A stretch of DNA of 61,391 bases, filler included, from Blastocystis sp. subtype 4 (taxonomy: Eukaryota): assembly GCF_000743755.1 (NCBI RefSeq). It is 6 parts of 6 records of this genome, joined end to end, with 100 filler letters (N's around TTAATTAATTAA, not from the genome) between each part and the next. Parts side by side here need not be neighbours in the genome. Positions count along the whole stretch, not along the records: positions 20,630 to 30,771 come from NW_014569213.1; positions 30,872 to 40,994 come from NW_014569212.1; positions 41,095 to 51,205 come from NW_014569211.1; 3 more parts are not named here. One strand, written 5' to 3'. A program made the translations under genes and the position numbers. The notes below the pieces were generated by a model. It worked only from the letters and a program-made list of their open reading frames with translations. It was not told the DNA's origin and ran no database searches. Of this stretch, positions 29,934-43,251 are shown piece by piece. Position 1 is the stretch's first letter. Each line of letters opens with the position of its first letter.

Positions 29934-30669
29934 ATGGCTAGAAGTCAAGAGAAGGCACATACATTAATGAACAAATGGGTGACAGCAAAGCATCGAATGC
30001 GTTTAGGTCAGACTGCGTATTATTCTTGTATTTTATGTAAGATATAGTCACCGTCCCCTTTCTGCATATGAATGTAAAACAGCTAGTGAATGTCTCTACT
30101 GGAGACAGGATGTTATGAAAGAGTTGAAAAAGAAACTCGGACAGATTCAAAATCGTATACCCTTATTTTTACATATCAGTATAGCTGGACTTCCAGAGAA
30201 TACCATTCGTGATTTAAATGACGAAGTGAACCGCCTTATTCGATCGAAAGGTCATTGGGAGCATCGTATTCGTGAACTCGGAGGAGTAATTTTGGATATG
30301 GCTGATCAGAATGATACTGGGAGTGATGATGATTCAGCCCTATTTATTGGAGGTGGAAGCACATACAAGTACAATTTACTGATTTCTGTAACTTTAGATA
30401 TTTTGGAGCAGCAAAGAATCTCCCTGAAGTGAAAGCTTTACTCAAGAAAGAACCTGAAGATGTAATGATCAATGGATGTACTTGATATTCAGATACCTCG
30501 AAAAGGAAGATATGAATTGTATAACAGTATCAACATGGATTATTATGGATTTCGAGATGAAGATGATGGAACCTTGTTGATTGAAGAAGCTGCCGCAGAA
30601 GCAAAGGCAATTGAACAAGCAGTGGGAGAATGGGAGGAAAGAGAAGCACTAAAGAAATCAATGAGCTGA
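29934..30669 (+). CDS. ISY1: Pre-mRNA splicing factor ISY1
   Basis: MARSQEKA...[27 protein letters not shown]...[11 protein letters not shown]...[13 protein letters not shown]. Confidence 0.93.
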
Positions 30670-30672
30670 TTT

Positions 30673-30771
30673 GTTTGTTGTGTAAATATATGCTGATATG
30701 AATTTGTTCTGGTTTGAGTATAATATCATCAAGAATACATATCATAACAACAAAATCAAGTCTTATACTTT
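30673..30771 (-). repeat. 99-bp inverted repeat, right copy at contig end
   Basis: Exact reverse complement of 20630-20728. Confidence 0.92.
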
Positions 30772-30871
30772 NNNNNNNNNNNNNNNNNNNNNNNNNNNNN
30801 NNNNNNNNNNNNNNNTTAATTAATTAANNNNNNNNNNNNNNNNNNNNNNNNNNNNNNNNNNNNNNNNNNNN

Positions 30872-31028
30872 TGAACTGATGGAAGGATTAGATTTAGAAA
30901 TCGCTAATGATATCAACAAGAAGAAGCTTGGTGTACTACCTGATGTTCCTACATACCAATTCCCTGCTGCTCCCGCTCCTGAAGTGAATGAAGACGATGA
31001 ATTGGCTAGACAACTAGAGCTTCTGTAG
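30872..31028 (+). CDS. ESCRT-III Snf7/CHMP4-like C-terminal fragment
   Basis: ELMEGLDLE...LPDVPTYQFPAAPAPEVNEDDELARQLELL*; LPxVP (MIM2-like) motif and acidic terminal helix. Confidence 0.7.
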
Positions 31029-31104
31029 TATGTTTGTTAAAAAAACAAAAAGAACATGGATAATGTAGAATACAGGATCGAATGTAAATGACATAGAGTA
31101 CAGA

Positions 31105-31797
31105 TTAAGGCGAAGCCTGCACAGACAACTTCAGATCAAGTTTCTCCGAACTGGCAATCATTGATGGAAGAGCCTTTCCAATCAACTCTTGCTGGGTTGC
31201 TAATTGTGAAGGAGAGGGGATATCAATCATTTTGATAGATTTCGCAATCACGTTACTGTTCATTTCCCCATATGAAAAAACAGCTTCACGTTCATGAAGA
31301 GAATCGCCGATGCTGAGTAAGGATAAAACACCGTCTCTTCGATTACGTATCTGATCAAATTCTTCTGAAAAAGTCAGTTGTTTCCACTTGTTACTTTCCT
31401 GAGGATACACTGAACCATATCGAGCCCTTGCCGAACATATGGTTACAAAACGTAGTAGATTAAAAACAGAAGGAAGAAATATACTACTACTATGTTCGAC
31501 CCATCCTTCTTCTGCATTGGTTACAATAATCACAGTCGAACGCTTGATTGCTTCTCGAAGTAAAGCAGATGCTGTGACATCCACCTTCTTTAACTGATAA
31601 AGCATCTCAGTTGACAAGGTATCAGTTTGACTAAATACTTGCGTCAACCAAGTACTTGGCAAAATAGTGTCGTCGTAATCAAATATAGTCACATTCGTAA
31701 TAGTTTCGGTTGGTAACAGATCGGAACTAACATGTTGGTGAACAATATCCCGTTTAATCTGCTCTCCCACCATCACATCACAATGAGTAGCATTCAT
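31105..31797 (-). CDS. HAD-superfamily-like protein (intronless)
   Basis: IFDYDDTILPSTWL, IIVTNAEEGWV and LSIGDSLHERE correspond to HAD motifs I, II and IV. Confidence 0.8.
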   Translation of the reverse strand: MNATHCDVMVGEQIKRDIVHQHVSSDLLPTETITNVTIFDYDDTILPSTWLTQVFSQTDTLSTEMLYQLKKVDVTASALLREAIKRSTVIIVTNAEEGWVEHSSSIFLPSVFNLLRFVTICSARARYGSVYPQESNKWKQLTFSEEFDQIRNRRDGVLSLLSIGDSLHEREAVFSYGEMNSNVIAKSIKMIDIPSPSQLATQQELIGKALPSMIASSEKLDLKLSVQASP

Positions 31798-32184
31798 TCT
31801 GAACACAAATAAACACAACAAATGAAGACAAAAAAGTGATGAAACGGTTATTCTAGAACCCAGTCCACAACAACTGAATGAAACGCCCGGGATACAGAGT
31901 CGAAACCGAATGCTTTATTTGAACGGATTCAGCGAGTTGCTGGAAATAATGGAGGGAGCAAGAAAGTGGTTTCTGTGATGAACCCAAGAGTATGAACTAC
32001 GATATCTTCAGATGTATGGAATGCCTATAGAAGGGGAAAATAAGGATTACAGGGATCACAAGTATCATTCCTCGAAGAGGTTAAAGTTTCCTATATCCAC
32101 TTTTCTTTCGACCTATGTAAACTTACAGGAATAAATAGAATAGCAGGAATGAACAATCATTTTCCGAATTCATCATTCTTTACC

Positions 32185-34045
32185 ATGTTGGAACGGGAGG
32201 AGTTACCAAAACCGCAATCGTTAGCACAAACCAATGCAAAAATAGGGACTATTTCGATGTATCTAGTCTCCTTTATCTTTAAGTATTTCAATCCAGAGGA
32301 ATTGTGTCCCAGAGTGGCTTTGATCCCTGTGAATGGATTATACAAACAAAAAGCGTTCGCAGAAGGAGATCTTCTCTGATGCTTACAAGGACTTAACTAA
32401 GTTCAACACAGATGTTACTACTTATCTAATCAATGATATGTTTCAACTGCTAACACAATACCAGATGGTCTTAGATGGGGTATTAATCCGTATTCTTTCA
32501 TCTTTACTTGTTCTGTAGGACAATTTGGTAATGGAAATGATGTTGCGATCATTCGTTCGCGTGTTCGTTCTCAATATTGTGGCAAAGATTATTACATTCC
32601 TGTCAGCATATTGTATCCAATATCTGGATGTGATACGGATCATATGCGTATTTTTTTGATTGTATCTAAGAGTATGAAGTATTTATGGATTACAATGTAG
32701 ATACTACAGTCAATAAGCAGTGTTCTTATATCAATCAACAAACTAATGAAGTGTTAATAGATAATCTCGATACTTGGCGTTATGTGGGTTAGCTGACTTG
32801 GATTCATTTACAGACTGATGGATTAACTCCTGTTGTTACAATTCTGCAAAATTATTTTGCCTCTATCTGTCCAATTTTCGAAATGTCCTTTTAGGATATG
32901 TGCTTCATTTGTAGTAATCCATCTGATGTATCGATTCCATTCAGTGAATTAGTTGTGAAAGAGAAACTGGGTTCCGGAACAAGTGCTGATGTGTATCGCG
33001 GGTAAAAGCATAGGTTATTGATGATGGATAGGATATATCAAGGTCGAAGTGTTGCATTGAAAAAGATGCGTAAGATCCCTTCACAAGTGGAATATCGGTA
33101 TTTACTGAGAGAGTTTCAAACTCAAATTCGTTTTAAGCACTCGTGTATCCTAGAGATTTTGGGTCATAGCGAGGCAGGAGAGGTGAGTGAATTAGAGATG
33201 AATTAGTTGAAGGGGTTTCCTGTGCTAGTGATGGAGTTAGGTGGCCCTTCATTGGAGAATTTGATTATCAAGAAGGGTGTGAAGTGAGAGAGAGCTGGAT
33301 GATTGATAGCTAGATATTCGAATGTAGACAAGAGGAAGTTCATTTTGGATATTGCAATGGCTTTAGAATATTTGCATAGTTTTAATGTTGTTCATAGAGA
33401 CATTAAGGTGAGTGAGTGAATGTGATTTCTTATTCTTGGTGATGAGCTGTTTATCAAATTGATCCACATTTCTCACCTTTGCAGCTTGCAAATGTCCTTC
33501 TAACCAATGGAACAGCCAAAATCGCTGACTTCGGCTATGCTCGTGAAATTGGTTTGCTATCTCTCTTCCATCTTATACTTAGAAAATAATAAAAGCATTC
33601 AAGTCTCCTTTTGTGGTTCCCCAGCTATGTGATTCTCTTTATCCTCTCTTATTCGTAGTATGGCTCCTGAACTTATTGAGAATGCAAAATGTAGTACAAA
33701 AGTTGATGTTTATAGTTTTGGATGTGTTCTTTATGAGATTATTCTTGAGAAACATTGCTATTATGACTTGAATCTGAAAGGTGTAGCTGTACTTTTGTAT
33801 TTCTATTTTCATTTGTAGTTCTATCAACGTGTTCTTGCTGGACTCAGGCCCACAATTGTTCCTGGAATGCCTTCAGGTAAAAGTGAATAACTGTTTTCAT
33901 TTTAGAGCCAGTTCAATTAATGAAGCAATGTTGGTTGCGTGATAAGCAACGTCCTACAATGAAGGAAATAGTTCAAATTGTGAAGAACTGGTCGCCTGAT
34001 ACTTGGGACTCAGATGTTGTTTCTGCTTCTCCTGAACCCGAATGA
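32185..34045 (+). CDS. Tyrosine-kinase-like (TKL) Ser/Thr protein kinase with N-terminal extension; many introns
   Basis: LGSGTSADVY, VALKK, YLHSFNVVHRDIK, KIADFG, CGSPAIMAPE, KVDVYSFG, CW...RPT. Confidence 0.88.
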
Positions 34046-34495
34046 GCTTTTTCTTTAGTTTTTGTTCACAAAAACACAAATAAATAGTGCCTTTTTGGTT
34101 CAGCCAATCATTTATATTACTATATTCTCTTTCGTTTTGTCTATTCATTGTGTCAAATGTATCAACAGACATTCTCTAATCTCTTACGAATATTGAAAGA
34201 GCAATATTTGCCAATCTCGGTACATATTTCGAATCCACCTCTTTGTACCATCTTAACAGAGTTGTTCATAAACGATCAAACGATAGATTAGACGATTGTC
34301 GTTACGGAAGTATGAATTTCACTGAGTGCCTTCCAACTTATTTTCTCGCATAGTCCTTTAGACAATATCGTAGAATACTCTCTATTCTTTGTGTGTTCAC
34401 AAGTCCACCCCTTCGGTTAATAATCAAGAAATCACTGGTCAAAGAGTTCTATTAGAATATTTTCCCGTTCTCACCACAGACCAGTTTTTACTCCG

Positions 34496-37400
34496 ATGAG
34501 AACGTGTTTACTCTTTATCACATTGTGTAAGCATAAAATAAGTTCTTTGATGTAGTGGGTATTTCTTTTGCTGCGTTATCGTGTGAGGATAACCAACTAT
34601 ACATTAAGTATACGAAGAAAACCAAAGCATGGGGTACTGAAGAGGCATTTACCATTATGGATGGAGAAACCTCGGTTTATGAATCCCCTATGTTTGCTAA
34701 TCAAGATGAAAGAGAAGTAGAAGCTTGTGTCCAAAAGTCTGTGAACTGCCAGTACACAATCGTTTTATCCGATCGTGGTAATGATGGCTGGTCAGATGGA
34801 GCTTGGCTCAAGATAGAAGGAGTCAATGGAAACGTAATTTATAAAACCTTTATGATAAATACTTCGGAGGAGTCTCATCCTCTTTCCCTTTATTCGCCCA
34901 TTGAGAAGTACACTGTCTGGAAGTATTCCTCCACTGTTATGGACTCCTGGAAGACCTACGATTATTCGGATAGTGATTGGACGGAAGTCATTTTAGAAAT
35001 TACATCACAACAGGCCACAGGAACCCAGTACTTCCGTAGACAGTTTAATGGTCTTGCGAATATGGCCGCTATCGATATTCAATTTAGGTACCGCTATGGA
35101 ATAGTTGCCTATATTAATGGAGCAGAAGTGTATCGAGATAACATGCCTGATACGGAGATCACTAGTGATGTGCTGGCCACAACAGGTTATGGTTCGACTG
35201 AGTTCCGTGGTGTAATTCGCGCCTCCAGTGTGGCTGAAGATAGTTCAAGTGTACTTGCTGTGGAAGTTCACTTCTTGGAAGCTGGTCACTCTGAAACCAT
35301 TGCTTTTGATGCCTTCATCTCTTTCTTTGCCCCCGTCGATGTTGACAGCGCTTGTTCTGTTGTTCCTCTAGATGTTACTCTGACTGGAAGTGGCTTTACC
35401 AATCCTGAAGCAGCGGTTGGTTGGGATTATATAGCTGAAGCCACTGCTACAGAATCAGGATCCTATATCACTTTTGAATTCAACAGTCTTACCATTCCTA
35501 TGATAGGATCCTTCCGAATTTGGCCTTACACAGGTACTACTGATGCAGTAAGCTCCTTCGAGGTAACTGGAGCCACGAGTCTCGCCGGCTCTTGGACACC
35601 TCTCATGACATCGGAGGGTAATACATATCAATCCAAGGTATGGAAACAATACGACCGTGTAGTTCCTGCTGATCCATTTAAGTACCTGCGTTTCACTGCT
35701 CTTGGTTCCCAAAGTGGACGTCTGAAAATCTATGAGCTTCAGTTCCTTGTATGTAATCTCCCTCCTGCTACGACGATCTCTTTTGAAGAGTCCTCATATC
35801 AGTATTACAAAGATCAGGAGCAAGTCAATATTGTTCCCGTTGGTTTTGGCTTCAATGGATGTACCATTACGCCTGCTCTTCCTGCTGGTGTGTCAATAAA
35901 TCCTGACACTTGTCGTATTTCAGGTGTTGCCACTCAAGCCCAAGCCCTCACTACATATACAGTCACTGCTACTATGAGTTCGGGCACAGCTACTGGAACC
36001 GTTTCACTCGGGATTAATGAGTGTTCTGGTACTGTATACAAGTTGGTTCGAACCTATCGTATTCAGCCCCAGACTGAGGCGTTCCGTATTCGTAATACAG
36101 AGAACGATGATATCCTGTTTGAGGTAGCTGTCGGTCATACCCACCCTGCTAGACAGGATTGGATTCATTATCTCTGTATCCCTGTAGATCGATTCGATAT
36201 CACTATTTATGGAAGTTCCAGCTGGTCAAGTAGTTCGTTTTTGTATCTGTATGGTTTGCTTCCTGAGAATGAAGAGGAGATGCTTGTTAAGATGCGATTG
36301 GATCAGACCCAAAATAATGATAATGAGTACTTCTTGCGTCGTCCTTCTATCAGCCATTCAGAACAATGGTATTATAAGATGGATGAAGTGCCTACAAATT
36401 GGCATAATTCTGATACATCAGGTTGGTCTCAGGCTGCTAGAGGATCATTCCCTGCTTCCAGCAATCAGATTCAGTTGTACAAGAAGACATTCAATATTGC
36501 CTCATTGAATGAAGTGTCTGGATTGATTCTGTCAATTCGATACAGATATGCCTGTGTTGTGTATTTGAATGGAAATGAAGCATGGAGAAATGGAGTGATT
36601 GGAGAGATCTCAGCCTCTTCTACTGCCGAGAATGTGTATTCAGACTTGAAATATCGAGTAGTGACTCTTCCTGGCCGCTCTGTGGTTACATCTTCTTCAG
36701 AGACAGCTGTTAATTATATCCAGCAGGGTACAAACACAATTGCAATTGCTCTATTCGCTCTTACAACGAGTCAGACTACCTCTTCGTTTGATGCAGTGGT
36801 TCGATTGAGTACGACACACTCACATGCTCACATTTGGGAGTTCACTACTTCTACTACGGGTATTAGTGGAAGTGGTTCGAATGCCTTTGATATGGAGTAC
36901 ACCTCAATTATCAGAAGCGATTACACAGCTGGTCCCAATACACTGATTTTAACCCTTAACAATGATCGTCGTGAATGGGTGAGTTCGGTACAGATCCAGA
37001 ACTATTACTACAGCAACAGTGCAAATCCTGTGCAGTTTGCATTGTATGCTCGTAATGGAGATGCTGAATGGACTTTGCTTAAGAATGTGACTGGTCTCAC
37101 ATACTCGATGGCTGGTCAGAAGAGACGAATCTACTTCCAAAACAACATTCCTTATAACCAATTCAAGTTTGAGAACTTCGCCACAGATGACCTAACGGAT
37201 CGTACTTGGCGAGTTCAGTCTTTGAATCTGTATGGAGATGATATATTATCAGAGATGGAACCATTGGTATATGAGTCTCCAGTCTCAGTCTTTCAGAACA
37301 TCGAGATGGCTGAAGTGATTCCCTCTGGTGTTGGATATGGTGACTTCATGATATCACCTCAACTTCCTAATGGAATAGTGTTGGATGCACAGACTGGTTG

Positions 37401-39435
37401 GATCTCAGGTACTCCTACCACGATGGTTCCTGCTACTGTGTATACAATTACGGCAACCAAGGTTTCTGGTGGAACCACTGAAGTCCAGGTTAACCTTGCT
37501 GTCATTGAGTGTAAGGGCACTTTGGGTCTGATGACGGTTCGTATTCATGCTGATAACTTCGCTGGTGAGAACAGCTGGAAGTTGTTCTCAGGTCGTGATG
37601 TTACAGGCACGCCCATGAAATCTGTAAGTCAGTTCCCTGTCTCAAATACTTACTACTATCTTGATTTCTGTCTGGATAATGGTATCTATACGTTCCAAGC
37701 AATTGATTCATATGGAGATGGATGGACAGGTCACAATGGTTACACTCTGACTGTTGATTTGGGAGAGATGGAGTTGGACATCAATGAAGTACCCAAATCA
37801 GATACCAAGCCCTCTACTGTGACCACTGTGTTCTCAACATATTTCCCTTTCCAGATTGAATACACAGAATGGAAGGTGATGCAAGATGATGAAATAAGTG
37901 GTTGGAAGACTGTCAGTTTCGATGATTCCACTTGGAACACATACAAGGCTGCTGATATTCCTACTACTGATTTCGTCACAACATATATCCGAAAGAGTTT
38001 CACAATGAGTGGAGTGAATGATTACCAAGTGTTGAATGTTCGAGTGAAGTATTCTGGAGGAGTGGCTGCCTACAATCTGGCTGAAGATTTCGATTCCAAC
38101 ACAGGATCTCTGACTATTCATGATACTAGTGTGTTCTCGAAGTTCCATGTGATTCTGGCAACAGCTGGAATTCAAGAGGGCAGTAATGTATTCAGTTTCG
38201 AGATTCATCGTCCTTTGAGTGGTTTCCTGTTGTGTTTGATGCTACTGGAATATTTGGAGTTGAAGACTGTTCTACTGTTGTTGATTCTTATTCTTCACTG
38301 GAATCTTCGAACCTCAGCGGCACGACTTTAACTGATATCATGAACCTTGATCCACACACCAACGGCGAGATGCCAAGTACGATTGGAGCCTATATTGATT
38401 GGACTGTTGAGAATCTGGTTGGAAGCAAATGGAACTCATTCAACATTCTAGGTAGTCCGGAGGCTGCCTCTTGGGGCTTTATGATCAATGCTCGTCTGAA
38501 CCCTGAAGATTCGGAGACTGTACCAATTCTTGACATATCCAATACCGTTGTTAAGGATCGTGTGAAGCCTCAAATTCCTTCTCCTGTGGCTCTGGCTGGT
38601 TTCCGTCAGTTCCGATGGGAGATCTTCTCTGCTCCTGTTCAGGATATGCTTATTGACTCCATTCATATGGCCTACTGTAAGGCTACTGGTGATGTGTGTC
38701 CTGCCATTGGCAACTATCCTTCAGTGGCTGAAGGTCAAATCTCTCCTTCTTCTTGTCCTGAGGGTTACAGAGGTTATTCATATCGTGAGTGTTCGAATGG
38801 TGTGTTGGGTGAAGTCAACACGGATCATTGTGAACAGAAGCCTCCAACCAATGCTCGTTATCTCTCTTCTCTCTACTCATTTGTGATGGGAACAGCTGTG
38901 ACCACTGGTGTTCCTGTAGCATCAGGCATCATAGAGCGATGGTATATAGATACTGATGTGATTCTTCCTGCAGGATTGACTCTCAATGCCGAAACTGGAG
39001 AGATCTCAGGTATTCCTACTGAAGTCAAGGAAATGATTACGTACACAGTGTATGCTGAGAATCAGTCAGGAGCTGCCAAGACAGAAGTGACAATGCTGGT
39101 GCGAAAGGGAACATGTAAGGCTGAAGGAGTATTCCCTTTGACAGATGTGGGTGAAACAGCTGTGTATGAGTGTGGATCTCAGGGTAGTTACATCGGTACC
39201 CAGAAGTGTACTTGTGTGTTGGGAGCGGAAGATGGAGTATGGGAGAATGCATCAGGATTCTGTTTATCTGTCGCAGCTCTGGTCATTATTATTGTGGTAG
39301 TGATCATTGTCGTTGTGGTGATTGTGGTGATTCTCATCCGAGTTAGCAAGAGGAAACGAGCTGTAGGTGGAGTGAAGGGAAAGAAGGTTCCCAAGAAGGC
39401 GGTCAAGACTACAACCACTAAGAATCCTAAAGTTT
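34496..39435 (+). CDS. Large type-I surface protein with putative-Ig (He_PIG-like) repeats; frameshift near 38224; stop completed by polyadenylation
   Basis: Signal peptide; repeated LPxGxxLDxxTGxISGTP...TYTVTA; TM helix and Lys-rich tail; ORFs 34555..38331 and 38232..39503 are out of frame; ends AAA GTT T|GTTA TGTTTGTT. Confidence 0.85.
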
Positions 39436-39554
39436 GTTATGTTTGTTCCATTCCCAAAGCACTGCATTGTGTCTGGTCATACCTATTACTGTTAAGTTGG
39501 TAACCACCTTCTGTGAAAATCATGGGTCTCAATAAACAATTAGCATTCTAGCAA

Positions 39555-40994
39555 TTATACTTTCACTTGTTTCACAGAAGTCTTTGTGGACTTCTTTGAT
39601 TTGACCGACTTGGCTGATTTAACTGATTTCTTTCCCTTCACGCCACCCACTGCTTTTGCTTTCTTTCCAGTTCTCATTAGCAGGAATACAACAATAGCAA
39701 TAATCATAATCACTACAATCACAGCAATCACAATAACAACAATAGGCATACACACTCCAGATGCTTTCTGCCATTCTCCATCTTCACTTCCCAGAATACA
39801 AGCACGCTTCTGAGTGCCTACATAACTACCCTGAATAGCGCAATCATACTCAGCCACTGTACCAACTTCAGTCACAGGGAATACTCCCTCAGCCATACAC
39901 TGCCCCTTACGCACCTGAATCGATACTGTGGCTTGAGTAGCTCCTGATTCATTCTCAGCATACACTGTGTATGTTGTTAAGTCCATTGTCTCTGTAGGAG
40001 TACCAGAGATCTCTCCTGTCTGAGAATCCAGACTCAATCCATTAGGAAGTGTCACTCCTTCATCAATATACCAACGATCAACTATATTTCTCACTGAAGG
40101 AACACCAGTGGTCACAGCTGTTCCCATCACAAATATGTTATGAGATGATCGATAACGAGCATTTGATGGAGTTATCTTAACACACTGATCTGTTTTGACT
40201 TCACCCAACACACCATTCGAACACTCACGATATGAATAACCTCTGTAACCAGTCTCACAAGAAGAAGGAGAGATCTGACCTTCAGCCACTGAAGGATACG
40301 TTCCTTCTCCAGCACATACATCACCAGTAGCCTTACAATAGGCCACATGGACAGAGCCCAAAGTGGTTGTAGTTGAACCAGTATCAGTAACCTCCCATCG
40401 ATATCTACGGAATCCAGCCAGAGCCACAGGAACAGAGATCTGAGGCTTTGTTCGAACAGTCTGATCTAGTGCATTCAGGATGGTAACAGGCTGATCCCGT
40501 TCATCATCAGGATTGAAATAGCCATTGATATCAAAACCCCAAGAAGAGACTGTGGTTCCTCCAACCATGTTGAATGAGTTCCATTTGCTTCCAACCAGAT
40601 TCTCAACAGTCCAATCAATATAGGTTCCAATCGTATTAGGAAGCAGACCAGTAGTATAAGGATCCAGATCCATGATCTCTTCAATAGTACCTGAAGTGGG
40701 ATCAGTTGAAGTGAGAGAAGAATAGGAATCAACAACAGTAGAACAGTCTTCAACTCCAAATACTCCAGTAGCATCAAACACAACAGGATCAGAAGAAGAA
40801 CCACTCAAAAGGACGATGAATCTCGAAACTGAATACATTATTACCTTCCTGAATTCCAGATGTTGACAGAATCACATGGAACTTCGAGAAGGAAGTAGAA
40901 TCATGATCAGTGATTGATAGAGTTGTTGAATCGAAATCATCTTCAAGATTGAATCGAGCAACCAGATTTCCATTCAGATAAGCAGCCACTCCTC
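39555..40994 (-). CDS. Paralogous putative-Ig surface protein, 5' truncated, apparent 1-nt frameshift at 40807-40810
   Basis: Collinear with 38058-39435 (VFDATGVFGVEDCSTVVDSYSSL, YPSVAEGQISPSSC, TM helix, ends KQVKV*). Confidence 0.85.
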
Positions 40995-41282
40995 NNNNNN
41001 NNNNNNNNNNNNNNNNNNNNNNNNNNNNNNNNNNNNNNTTAATTAATTAANNNNNNNNNNNNNNNNNNNNNNNNNNNNNNNNNNNNNNNNNNNNGTTGAG
41101 TGGAAATGGAATCAATATTCTGAGTTCCTCCATCACTTCCATCCTTGTGGGATTGGGGTTAATTCATGTGTATCTTAAGTGGATATGTTTGTTGATGAGC
41201 GAATTCCAGAAATGGACCCTATTTCTGTAGATTCTCTTTGTCTTTGTAGAGAGTTAGATACTGATTGGCATAGCATTTGAAT

Positions 41283-43186
41283 ATGGTATAGTGACGGAAA
41301 TGATATCAATCTGTAGAAAGGCTTTTTCTTTGTTCTTCTTGCAGCCGTAGTGACTGCAACGCAGCTCTCGTTTCCTATTCACCGTATGATTCAGCTTCAA
41401 CGAAAGAACGTACCTTATGGATCACAGACAAATAATGGTGAACTCCGTTTTGCTTCCTTGTCTTCAATTTTGAGTCTTGGAGACGACGATCGAATTAAGG
41501 CTGACCACTATACTGCCCTCGTCATGATGAACGAACTCACCGAGTTGGTGATTCAGGAGCTCGTTGATAACAGAGGAGTGGGTGGAATGGTTGTTATTAT
41601 TCCCAATTCGGTATGTGGTTATTCTGATCAACATTATGTTCGTAGAATAATGACGAAATTGTTAGCAAATGCAAGGTTGTAGAATCGATCATGTTGAAGA
41701 GATCATTCCCCTGTCCTGTTTATTTTGTTGAAGAGGATACTGAAGTTCGTAAGGTTTATCTGAAGCTTCAGTCCAAATCAACAGTATTAAGTGTAAGATT
41801 GTTGCTACGATTACAACTAGCCATCGAACATTTACACAATGAGTGTAAGTTTCCCTTCGAACAAGAAACCAATCACTATCCCTGAGATTCGTACTATTGA
41901 AAGTGTGTTGGAAGGCTTCAAAGATGGTACTCCCATTGCTTCCCTGCCGACTATTCTGGTGACGGCCAGTTACGACGCCTTCTCTGTATCTCCTTCTCTT
42001 TCTCATGGAGCTAATGATGGAGCCTCTGCTACAGTCACTTTGCTGACACTCCTTCGCTTGTTCTGTCGTTTATACGATGCCCAACAGACTGTTGGTGTGT
42101 AAGAGTTTCACATTCCTTCTATTGTAGAACCAATTTAATGTTCCTTCTGAGTAGTGGGAGCCATTTGGATTATGAAGGCTATCGTCAGTGGATGATCCGA
42201 AGCTCACCTGAACTCTTTGATAGTATTCGATTTGTATTGTGTTTGGATGATCTCGCGTAAGAATGTATCATCTCCTTGACCTTAGTTCTTCCAATGAGTT
42301 GATTCTGCGTGTCTCTCGTCATGCTCATAATGATGATTTGCAGCGTCTTTACTCCTCCTTTGAGGCTGTTGCCAAGGAGATGGAAGTTCCTCTTGAAGTA
42401 TCATTTTCTTACTGAGTTCATGTTTAGATTGTTGCTGAGACTGTGAATATTATGGAGGAACATCGCACATACCCTCATGAACGCTTTGCTCTACGTCGTC
42501 TCACGGCAGGTACCCTAACCTCACAGCGAGAGAGTATGTGTTGATCTAGTCTCCGATTTCTAGAGACCAGTGGATATTTGAATGGATCACTCATTCCTGT
42601 TTCTGTTGATAGCACAGTGCTCGCTCGCAACATCCAACTCATCGCTGAATCTTTGGCTCGCTACATGTTCAACCTTGCTGACAGTGGCCTTGTCGTTGTA
42701 TTGCTCTCTTCTCATTACTAGATCTTTACCAACGCTATGGCTGTTGATACTAGCTATGTAGACCACTGGATGACTGTGATGACGTCAGCACAACGACACA
42801 CCTTCTTCATTGATAAGGAGAGTTCTTTGGTGAAGGCATTGGAAGCTGAGATGTCTCTTTATGCTACACACACTCGCACCGTGGATACAGAGATGGATAT
42901 GAAGGATGATATAAAGGTATTTGGTGACAATTCTGTAAGCCTGAGGAGTGATTATGAGTTTAGGGAGTAATTCCTGTATTCATATCCAAGACGCCTCTGT
43001 TTGACGTGTATACATTCTTGGCTGTTATAGTCTATTTGGGAGTATTTTATGTTGTTGTGTCAGTAATGCATGATGTGAGTATTGAGAACATGATTGTGAG
43101 TATAGGGACGAGATGTAGTATCGAGAGAAATCCGTCGGTTCATGAAGAATACTTTCGGTATTGGAAACAAGGTGAAGGAGAATTAG
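41283..43186 (+). CDS. NCLN: Nicalin (BOS/translocon-associated, M28 peptidase-like fold)
   Basis: FPIHRMIQLQRKNVPYGSQ; LPTILVTASYDAFSVSPSLSHGANDGASATVTLLTLLRLFCRLY; PHERFALRRLTAGTL; C-terminal TM; intron directly after the ATG. Confidence 0.88.
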
Positions 43187-43251
43187 TGGGTTTGACTGTT
43201 TGTTATCATAGCGTCATTCAGTTCATGGATAGAGTATATGAAACAAAACTG

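Noticed and set aside
33408..33484. Longer (about 77 nt) kinase intron containing TGATGA, as a possible snoRNA host
   Set aside because: No canonical CTGA D box or terminal stem.
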